Positions 53,374 through 64,000 of a DNA stretch of 64,000 nucleotides are shown piece after piece. The position numbers were made by a program, and so were the translations under genes. The notes below the pieces were generated by a model that did no database searches, had not been told where the DNA came from, and saw nothing but the letters and a program-made list of their open reading frames with translations. Numbering within the stretch: the first letter of the stretch is position 1; every line of letters starts with the position of its first letter. Source of the DNA: Octopus sinensis (taxonomy: Eukaryota); NCBI RefSeq assembly GCF_006345805.1, contig NC_043015.1, positions 52,204,001 to 52,268,000 on the forward strand. Direction: 5' to 3'.

Positions 53374-53471
53374 CATTTGTGTAATATATACATATATAAT
53401 ACACGTATATTACATTTATACATTATATATACGTGTATTATATATGTGTGCGCTCGTGCATACGTGCACGC

Positions 53472-53523
<52 letters not shown>

Positions 53524-53709
53524 AAGAGAGAGAGAGAGCTTAAAATAATTCCCTCATTAGATGCTACTGCCACACGCATACACACAAAATATAAATAGAT
53601 ATAATTATATATGTGTGTGTAGATATATATATATGTGTGTGTAGATATATATATGTGTGTGTAGATAAACACACAAATATCTACACACATACCTTCATAA
53701 TTATATATA

Positions 53710-54131
53710 CGAGGGTGAGTGAAAAAGTAATACCATTTTGTTTAGGACAGGTATAATTACCAACACAGGAACATGTATCATACATCAAAATGAAGCTGGT
53801 CCTCTGTGGATAACATCCCTACTTCTCAACAAAGTCACCGTATCTCTCAATAACAACGTCCACCATCGAATGAGAGCATGTATCCCTGCCCTGTAAAATT
53901 CTGCTGACTGTTCTTTGAGCAACTTCTTCATCTCTTCGGTGCCACGAAAGAGGGTTTGAGAAGTAAACATTATTCCAGTAAGAGGAAGTGAAAACTTTAG
54001 TGAAGAAGTGGCTCAAAGAACAGTCAACGGAATTTTATGGGGCAGGGATACATACTCTCATTCGAAGATGGAACATTGTTATTGAGAGAAACGGTGACTG
54101 TGTTGAGAAGTAGGGATGTGATCTAGAGAGG
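53710..54131. mobile_element. mariner 3' end duplicated head-to-head (fold-back)
   Basis: TA-CGAGGGTGAG TIR. The transposase C-terminus (EEVK..VKKWLKEQS.EFY.AGIH.LIRRW...RNGD.VEK*) is present on both strands; arms 53801-53930 and 54001-54131. Confidence 0.85.
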
Positions 54132-54184
54132 ATGATGATTGATGATGATGATGATGATGATGGTGAAGATGGTGATGATGATGG

Positions 54185-54236
<52 letters not shown>

Positions 54237-54432
54237 TGTATGTGAGTGTAAGCATGTATAAATAGTTGTATGTGAGGTCCTATTGGGCGTGTTTGATAGG
54301 AGTTGCACGCATGATCGTAATTGCCGCAGTTCGTGTGTGTGTCAGGTGCAGACGTTCTTGTGTACTTGAGTGAAAACCAAAACGCTTGTATATTAAGACT
54401 TCACGCTAGCAGAATCGTTACAGACTCAGCGA

Positions 54433-54595
54433 TATATACGATGGGCTTCTTCCAGTTTCCTTCTACCAAATCTATTCAACAGACTTTGGTCGGCACGAGG
54501 CTATAGCAGACAACATTTGCCCAAGGTGCCACGTAGTGGGACCAAACCAGAGACCGTGTTGTTAGGAAGCAAGGTTCCTACCACCCTGCCAGTTT
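54433..54595 (-). mobile_element. SINE family A, 5' half
   Basis: GGGCTTCTTCCAGTTTCC..CTACCAAATC...GGTGCCACGTAGTGGGAC. Confidence 0.8.
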
Positions 54596-54857
54596 GTGCA
54601 TACATGTCTTAAATCTATGTGCGCATGTCAATGATTAACACAGCTTGGTGTGTCTGTGCGTGTGTGGTGTGTGTGCGTATACGTGTTTATGTAGAAGTAT
54701 GTGTGTGTTCACGTACAAGGATGTAGAATTGTGTAATGAATGTGTATCAAGGCTGTCTAATGCTTGTTGAATGTATTTGGCTGCCTCTCTCTCGTTCCCA
54801 CTGTGTGTGCACGCGTGTGAGTTTGTATGAGTAGGTGTATGTATATGTTATATTATA

Positions 54858-54975
54858 TAAGGCTGAGAGCAGAATACTTAACGTCATTTCGTCCGTCTTT
54901 CCGAGTTCAGATTCCGCCGAGGTCGACTTCGTCTTTCATCCTTTTGGCGGGGTCGGTAAAATAAGTACCATTTGC
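54858..54975 (+). mobile_element. SINE family B fragment
   Basis: GAGTTCAGATTCCGCCGAGGTCGACTTCGTCTTTCATCC...GGTCGGTAAAATAAGTACC. Confidence 0.8.
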
Positions 54976-55954
54976 ACACTCCGTCGAAATTGCTGCATTT
55001 GTGACAAAAATTTAAAACCTATATGTGTGATTGTGTGCGTTGTGTGTGTGTGCGTATGTGTAGTGCATATGTATGCATATATAAAGCCAAACATGTACAT
55101 GCAGGAAATCGGATGCAGTTGTATGTGCATACACAAGTGTATGTACTTGTAAGTGTGAATGTGAATGTCCACAACATCATGCGTGTATCCTACTTCTGTG
55201 TCTGGGCGCACGTAGGTATACGTGCGTGTATTTGGGAGGACTGTTATGTGTTTGGTTATTGTAGAGTGCATGCGTGTTGGGCTGTTATTACGTAAGTGTG
55301 TGGAAGGTTGTCGTCGTCATTGTCATGATTAGATAAGTGTGACGAGGCGGGAAAGACATGTGTGTTCGGCGCCCAGGGATCGAGCGGGGAAGAAGTGTAG
55401 AGGCGGAGAACAATATAAAATCAAGGAATATTGCAGGAATATTTCACAGAAAGTTTAGTAGGAATGGCGGCAGGACGACTTGGTGACAGGACGGTAGCAC
55501 GGTATGCCAGTGACGGTAGGACGGTAAGGTGCTTGTCTAGCAGGCAGGACAGTAAAGTGGCAGGGTAACGGGCTAGCTGTGTTAAAAGACAATAGTGGGG
55601 GGTAGAAGTGCAGAGTGTATGAGAAAGAGAGAGAACTAGAGTGTGTAAGAGAAAGACAGAGAAAAAACAAGGCAAAGGCGGAGTTGACTCGCATTTCAAT
55701 GAACAACGAGGTGAGACAAAAAACGCTCGGGGAATTGGTGGCGTCGTTGTTATTGTTGTTGTTGTTGTCAGTGAAATCATTGGATCGCAAGTGAAATGGG
55801 AAGGTGATTGTATAGAAGGAAATGAGAGAGAGAGAGAGAGAGAGAGAGCTGAAATAAGAGCAGTGAGTGAAGTTTTCAGGAGAGGGAAATGGGTCAAAAG
55901 GAGATGTGGTAAAGAGTGAAATCTTTCGAAGCGAGGACATGAGATGTCAGTACA

Positions 55955-56004
<50 letters not shown>

Positions 56005-56649
56005 CAATAATATTAAGGAATGGCTTTTAATAGCCATTCAACTCACTAAATGAGCAGCTAAACTCAAACTATATATATATTTATATATATATATATAGAA
56101 AGAGAGTGAGAGAGAGAGAGCGTGTGTATGTGTGTCTGCGTGTGTATCTGTGTGTATGTGTGTGTGTGCGTGCACGATGTTTGTATGTGTAACAAAGAAA
56201 GGGAGGAATACTGAGATAAAGGTATAGAAAGATAAAAATGAAGAGGGAGAGAGACAGAGACAGAGAGAGTGACTAACAGACAGATAGAATAAACACCAGA
56301 AGAGATTGGGACACACAGACACACATACACAGTCACAGAGTCTGTGAGATGCAGTGTAGACTTTATTAGAGATTGAAGGCCGGTGACAGAAAAAGTGTAG
56401 AAAGACTGAGAGAACATGAGGGGAAGAAAGGGGTGAAATGGGAAGCGTTGGCGAATGGAGAGACATAATGGAACATAAACTGTGAGATGAGAGAAAAATT
56501 TTGATGAGACGAAAGAGAGAGAAAGTGAGTGGTAGAGAAATGCTGTAAACAGAAGGCAGTGTGAAAGTAAATAAGAGAGAAAAAAAGAGAGAAATACTAA
56601 CTGAGCGAAAGATTAAGTGTGGCAGAAATTTCATATATATGGTTGCTGT

Positions 56650-56895
56650 GGAGTAAAGATTGTTTGCCAACATAACATGGCAGACCTGGTTTAGGACGAA
56701 TGTAGCTGTAATTTAGCCTCAGGAGACATCGTCTCTAGCTGGTTATGCAACACGCTCTGTGTCCTTATATTTTAGAACAAGGACACAGCTCGTGTCGTAT
56801 AACCAGCTGCAGACGATTTCTCCTGGAGCTAAATTACAGCAACATTCGTCCTAAACCAGGACTGCCATGTTATGTTGGCAAACAATCTTTTCTCC
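56650..56895. mobile_element. 246-bp near-perfect palindrome whose arms are related to the retrozyme-like monomer
   Basis: 56650-56766 vs 56779-56895 are about 90% reverse-complementary with a 12-nt loop; the arm aligns loosely with 44996-45100. Confidence 0.9.
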
Positions 56896-57439
56896 AAAGT
56901 AATGTAGCTGAATATCTCTCTTTGTGAGATTTAAAAATAGTAATTTCCTAATAAGGTTGTTATGTCTGGGATGTTCCACACAAGGCAATGCTAGTAGTCT
57001 ATGTAGGATTATATTATTTTATCTCTCTTGTCTTTATACAAGAAGGTAAAGAGTGAAATGAACTAACGGAGGCTATCATTTCTTGCAAGTGGAGTGACCG
57101 ACTTAAAATTGGCGTTCGTTATCAGATCAAAGAATCGATGATAACCGTTTCATCGCAACCTTCTTTCCGTCGTGATCTTGTCACTTTGTTAATGCGCAGA
57201 TATATCTAAACAGCTATTTCCGACGATTATTGTGCGAAGATGGTTGGAAAAGATTTGAAATGCATAGATTTCAAGGAAATTTGGCTGTTGTTTCTAGGTA
57301 GTCAATTAATTACCAGAGTACTGCACTCTAGTGGCTGGAGGGAAGGGACATGAGGAGCAGATGAATGGTAGAAGATGACAGGAAAGGTGTGAATAAGGTT
57401 GAACAAAGCTGCATGAGTGTGCATCGCGCAGAATTACAC

Positions 57440-57487
57440 ATGTACTTGGGTGCATATGTACTTGGGTGCATATGTACTTGGGTGCAT
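57440..57487. repeat. 16-bp unit x3 (ATGTACTTGGGTGCAT)
   Basis: Direct reading. Confidence 0.95.
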
Positions 57488-57616
57488 CCATGAATCTACA
57501 CACCCACCCTCCAGACACACACACGCATATATACAAACACACACACACATACGCCCACAAACGCTCATGTATCACATAGTGAAAGAGAGCACAAATTCGC
57601 ATAATATACGTGTGTT

Positions 57617-57657
<41 letters not shown>

Positions 57658-58157
57658 ATGCGCACAAATATATATGTAAGATCATTTATACACTTACGTA
57701 TACATAAGATGATATACGTACATACATTTGTGTATGTATATATATATATATGGGGGTGGTGAAGACGCATACATATATATATCATATACATATATACATT
57801 TACTTATATATGTATATCCATATATATCAATATATATATATATATACATATGCATATATAAATACATACATATATGTACAGCGATTGTGGTCCTCTTAAA
57901 CAATTATACATGTATGCACACATACACACAGACACACACACACGCACAATCTTAAACACATGAATTTACTCAACCGATTACAGCACAATAGTTACACGCA
58001 TACACATGCATACATACATATATATAAGTAAACATATACACACAAACATACACATATATATGCACGTGTCTGTGTAGTATACATCTATATAAATATATAT
58101 GCCATATGTACATATACATATAAATATACCTTATATATATATACATATATATATGTG

Positions 58158-58207
<50 letters not shown>

Positions 58208-59009
58208 ATATATATATTATATATATATATATATAATTATATATATATATATGTCTATATATAATGTATATATATACATTTATATATATCTGTTTGTATG
58301 TATGTATATTTATATATATATATATCTATATATATATATAATATATATATATACTCTGCAAGATAAGAGAGAGACAGACAATGGAGTTAGAGAAAGATTG
58401 ATAGAGAGAGAGAGAGATCTATATACGTATATACATACATACACAAATACATACGTACGTACATACATACATACGTACGTACATACATGCATGCATACAT
58501 ACATACCTAAGTGCATGGATGAATGAATTTATGTATATATGGATGGATGCTGTATGCATACATACACGCATGGCTAGATAGATGCATAGGTGCATCGGTT
58601 GACGCCTGGATAGATGATGGATTGCTTCGATATAAGGTATCTGGAGAATAGGGTAGGGGTAGGAGAGAGGGAACGGGGTGAGGAGGAGTGAGACAGCAGA
58701 CAATGCACGAAGGAGGAGGGTGGGCGGTAGAGGGGTAGGGAGAGGAATGGTAAAGAAATGGTGCGCAATACGCAAGCGCGGACGCATGCATCCACACTCA
58801 AGCTCACGCGCGTGCGCGCAAAATAGTTTACACCTACGCGCACACACACACATTAACACACACACAGGCACAATCTTAAACACATGAATTTACTCAACCG
58901 ATTACAGTACAATAGTTACACTCATACACATGCATACATACACATATGTAAGTAAACATATACGCATACAAAAATATATATGTGTGCGTCTGTGTATGTA
59001 GACACATAT

Positions 59010-59042
<33 letters not shown>

Positions 59043-59433
59043 AAATTCATATACATACACATACATACAAACACATATATATGTTTATATGTATATACAC
59101 ATTCATATATATATATATTTACACATGAATGCATACATACATGCATACATACATACATACATACATATATTTACATACGTATATATATACATATACATAC
59201 ATATACATACAAGTACATATATATATATATTTATATATATACGCACCCATACATATATATATACATATAAATATATATATATATATATAATATATATATA
59301 AAATATTATTCGAGACAAAACCACTATTTTGCAAAACAAACAAGGAAAGACTTAATCAATATATATATATATATATACATATATATATAATATATATACA
59401 TATATATATATATACATGCATACACACACACAC

Positions 59434-59482
<49 letters not shown>

Positions 59483-59981
59483 CATATATATATATGTTCA
59501 CATTTATATATATATATATATATAGCACACAACAATGACAGCGACGCCAATACTTAATCAAAAAAGAGTAAAAACAAAGATGGGTAAATTCGTGGCTATA
59601 TATAAATATATAACTACAAACGTAAATACAGAATACACAAATTGAAAGACATGAGCATGCGCACATGCTCTGACACCCCATCATACATGTTCACGCCCCC
59701 CCCCACCGCTACATGCATACGCACACATGCACCATCATATAAACATCAACTTACCCAAAAACCTACATATACATACGTAAAGTTATAAATTCTCATATCC
59801 CATAAACGCACATAAATCATACATATCTACCCCCCATACACATACATAAATATATATAGATACATATGTATATATACACATATATATACATACATATACA
59901 TATATATATATGTAATTATAGATCTATATATATATTTTTACATCTATATATATATATATATATAAATATGTATATATATAT

Positions 59982-60079
<98 letters not shown>

Positions 60080-60080
60080 T

Positions 60081-60130
<50 letters not shown>

Positions 60131-60566
60131 GCATATATATATGTCTACAAAATGAAACAAGGTAATTCACACACATGGGCACACAGACGTGTGGGTAGGC
60201 TCAGTCTCACACACACAATATATACACAGACAGACACCTGCACTGCACTGACATATACATGCGCTGACGCATACACACGATTGCACACCCATACGGTGGG
60301 CTGCACATTCACAAAGGAAGCAATCTAGGGTGTTTGGACTGGTGACGGGAGAGGCTAGAGTTCGTTTAAGGTTATGATCTAGATAATGAGGAACCGGCCA
60401 CGCGGTGGGGAGTAGCTGTAATCAAGCGGATCGGCGAGGGGAACGAAGTGAATAAAAGTACATTTGGCGAGAACGAATGCACGCATGAAACTAGGACAAA
60501 ATGGCAGGTGTGCAAAAAAAATGTAGGCGGAGGAAATTAAAAAATGGAAAAATAGTATCAGTAATA

Positions 60567-60791
60567 ATAATTCTACCCATTATAGGCACATAGCCTGAAA
60601 TTTTGGTGGGGCTGGGAGGGTTCTTGTCAGTTGCATCGATTCCATGAAATGACCAGTTCGTATTTTATTGACCCAGAAAGGGTGAAATGCATAGATATCC
60701 TTTGAGGAAGTTGAACTCAGAACGTTATGACGAACAAAGTACCGCTAAGCGTTGAGTCTGATGTTCTAACGATCCTGCCAGCTCGCCGCCT
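60567..60791 (-). mobile_element. SINE family B, diverged
   Basis: ATAGGCACATAGCCTGAAATTTTGG...GAACTCAGAACG...AACGATCCTGCCAGCTCGCCGCC. Confidence 0.8.
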
Positions 60792-60820
60792 AAATGTTAA
60801 TAGTAATGATGATGATAATG

Positions 60821-60877
<57 letters not shown>

Positions 60878-60920
60878 TAATAATAATAATAAAACAGTAA
60901 TAATAGCAATAATAATAATA

Positions 60921-61123
60921 GTACATGGAACAAATAGGGGCTGCAAGTACATGGAACAAATAGGGGCTGCAATGATGATGGAGCACTGGCAGAAAACAGC
61001 ACTGCTTGGAATCGCTCGAATACTCCGGAATGTCCTCGAAAAATAAGAGGTGTTACCTTAGTTCACTGGTAATGAACAGCTGACACCGTAGTACCTCTCC
61101 AGTGTTAGAAGCTGTGCAAAGGC
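60921..61123 (+). mobile_element. Dong/R4-type LINE 3' end inside (AAT)n
   Basis: KYMEQIGAAMMMEHWQKTALLGIARILRNVLEK* matches the R4/Dong C-terminal QK..LLGTARILR motif. (AAT)n on both sides and a 26-bp tandem duplication at the 5' junction. Confidence 0.85.
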
Positions 61124-61137
61124 AATAATAATAATAA

Positions 61138-61355
61138 TAATCCTTTCTACCGGAAGCACAATGTCTCGAATTTGGGGGAAAGGATTAAGTCGATAACATC
61201 GACCCCAGTGTGTAACCGGTGCGTCTTTAATCCACCACGAACTGATGAAAAGCAAAGTCAACCTCGGTGGAATTTGAACTCGGAAACGTAACAGCAGACG
61301 AAATACCGCTAAGCATTTTGCACGGTGTGCTAACGATTCTACCAGCTCACCGCCT
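61138..61355 (-). mobile_element. SINE family B, full length
   Basis: TAATCCTTTCTAC...ATCGACCCCAG...GAAATACCGCTAAGCATT...GCTAACGATTCTACCAGCTCACCGCC. Confidence 0.88.
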
Positions 61356-61377
61356 TATAATGATGATGATGATGAAC

Positions 61378-61409
<32 letters not shown>

Positions 61410-62369
61410 GATGATGATGATGATCATTATATCAATAACAACAACAATAATATATGATTAAGGGAAATAGTAAACGACCGCTGAGAGTGATTTGATGATA
61501 AAGGAACCAACGTCATCTAATGACCATCGTCATGCACTTGATTGGAATTTACTACATCGCTAATGAACTTGTACGGATAAAACTGTCGAGGGAAGGAGAC
61601 AATTTATACGTCTTAGCTAGTTGTTTACTCAACGTATAATTCATCTCCGAAAATTTGTAGTCTTTTTCAGACAGGTTTTACTATTTAAAGTTAAACTGAA
61701 TTAGAGAAACAAAGTTATTATTTTAAGTAATTGAATTTGCTCAGAATGTCCAGATTGTGGTTATTCGTCACTGACTAGAGCGAATGATGTCAAAACACCG
61801 GTGTCTAATCATATGTTGACGATAGGTTGAGCGGGCTCTGTTGTTTGATTTTTGTTTTTTAACACACTTTAAAAGTCCATCTCAGACACAATATTGCAGT
61901 TGGTGCTTTATATTTTGAAGGAAGTATTGGCTTAATTTTATAAGTGAACACGTGCAGAATATCTCGCACTTTCATAACTGCCGTTATGGTGGCCGTTTTG
62001 CTGCTGCAATAATTGTTGTTACTGTTGCTGCACTGCTAATACCACGGATTTAACTGTTAATAGTAACTCTACTAATCCCAGCTAATAACAGATATGAATC
62101 GAAGTTAATCAGTGTCTTGCTTCTCTCGCTGACAGCTAGACCTGTATAAATATTTTTTCAAAGATCATGTTTGCTAAGAGATTCCAGGTAGCAGCGTAAA
62201 AATCTCTGCTCTTTTGCACATGATATAACAGAGATTCTAATGGTCTATTTGTTAATCTCCTAATCCTTCTTCGACGGATTAATCGATACTAACATTTCCG
62301 CTAGTCTCATCGTACGGTGTACTCTTTCACATATCTATCGCCTCCTTGTCTCAGTAGCAATAATTATAT

Positions 62370-62402
<33 letters not shown>

Positions 62403-63249
62403 TATATATTATATATATTATATATATATATATAATATATCATATCATATTATACATACGTACATACATATCCATGTATTGTCTGTGTTTATTTATATAT
62501 GTGCGCACACGCTTATATATAAATATATTCTCATGTATATATGCATGTATATATATGACTTGTATGTATGTATATACATATACATAGACAAGATGTACAT
62601 ATGTATATATACATATATATATAAATATATAAATATATATATATAGAGAGAGAGAGAGAGAATGACAATCATACATTCTGCCTTTCATACACTGACATTT
62701 TCCTCGTTGCCTTTCTCTCTCTCTTTCTCTCTCCCCTACGATCTCTCTCTCTCTTTTTCTTTCTCTCTCGCTTTCTCTCCCTCTCCGAGTTTCCCTTCTG
62801 CTATTCGTTTCTTTATCTCAATTTCTCCCTAATAATAATAATAATAATAATAATGGTGATGATGATATATTACGTAATTGCAAATATGTGACGTACCATC
62901 CTGATAACAGCTTTGGTGGATTTTATAAGAAAAGGCTCTACCATACTCTTGGCCTGTCATGGTTGTAATCGTATTTCTTCCTACTAGGAATGTTATCAAC
63001 GCCATGTTGATAACAGGCCGTATTATTGATGGAAAATTATTTTGATGGACATGAAATTTTGTAATATGTGTTCGTTATATAGGATAGTTTATAGGCAGGT
63101 GTTTCCTCCCTTACTTTCTTGTCCAGTGAATAATACCATTGGTCCGAATGAGCAACAGTTAATTTTTTTTTAAATAATTGAGTACGATGCAATGACATTC
63201 TGTCGTCACCAGAGTCGAAAACGAAACTACGTTGGCACCCGAAAACTAC

Positions 63250-64000
63250 TTGACGGCAGGTTTACCCAACAAAAAATTAAAATACGCCGACAATACGTCC
63301 TACTTCATGGCATCTGCGAGGAAGAAAAATCTGATTCTATCCTGTCTTATCTATGAGTTTTCTATATCACCATGATACATGTGATATTCTGATCAGGTTA
63401 TAAATTTAACAACTGCAATGGTTTATTGTATACTTACGAACACTTGGCTCGGATGCTGCGAAAATGGCAGCATCAGATGTTTATGACTCCTGCGTTAGAT
63501 GTTTACAGTTTTGGTTCTCTTTTTAGTCATATCAATAACATTAGCAGCAACGAAGAATTGCAGAAAGTAGCTAACCTATTTCTCGCCTGACTTTGACCAG
63601 AGCTTAAATTATCCTGGAAACGAATATTATATTTTGACATACTAGAATATAATAAAATCTAGACAAAATGTTGAAGATACTTCTACTGTTACGTTAGACA
63701 TTTCTAACTAATAAGGCTGGAAATTCTATTGAACAGCGAGCTACATCTCAGGAATTTAATCACAAACACTAACGGTAAACCATGCAGTGCTGCGATCATT
63801 AATTGAACCAAATAATGCAGTTGAAGATCTTGTTAGAAATACTCAATAATTGGTGATGAACTATAAAATGTTGGATCTGCAACGATGTGTGGTCCTCTTG
63901 TACACAACGAAAGAATGGAAACCAAAGGGTAACGAGCATTGAAGAATATGAAGACAATGTACATAGATCATCAGATGGATATTTAGCAAAGAACTGCGCC
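63250..64000 (+). pseudogene. Possible very decayed hAT-like transposase relic
   Basis: Only faint fragments (DQVIN..., QKVANLF...LKLSW) across stops and frameshifts; not securely alignable by eye. Confidence 0.25.

Noticed and set aside
55290-55920. Possible promoter or 5' UTR (complex sequence, CCAAT-like motifs, GTAAGT); similar hints at about 47360 and 43860-44050
   Set aside because: There is no linked open exon or recognisable protein, and such short motifs are expected by chance.

Overview
This is 64 kb of microsatellite-saturated, AT-rich animal DNA. The SINE families and repeat landscape point to an octopus (coleoid cephalopod) genome; that assignment is from recall of the repeats, not from a search. 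I could not recognise any host protein-coding exon, and almost all ORFs in the track are translated microsatellites. The complex sequence is nearly all mobile DNA: at least four tRNA-derived SINE families, Tc1/mariner remnants and MITEs, a Helitron-like element, two Penelope-like (RT / GIY-YIG) remnants, Dong/R4 3' ends beside (AAT)n, a CR1/L2-group LINE 3' end and a possible Gypsy RT relic. There is one 100-N scaffold gap. Three signals stand out. (1) Six hammerhead-ribozyme-like motifs from about four repeat families. These include a 340-353-bp monomer found at two loci as 1.1 and 1.4 head-to-tail copies with a type I hammerhead (retrozyme / circRNA-like), and a tRNA-headed element carrying a hammerhead. 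(2) Seven long fold-back (inverted-duplication) structures built from unrelated elements. (3) A LINE fragment whose 3' tail matches the tail of the dominant SINE.
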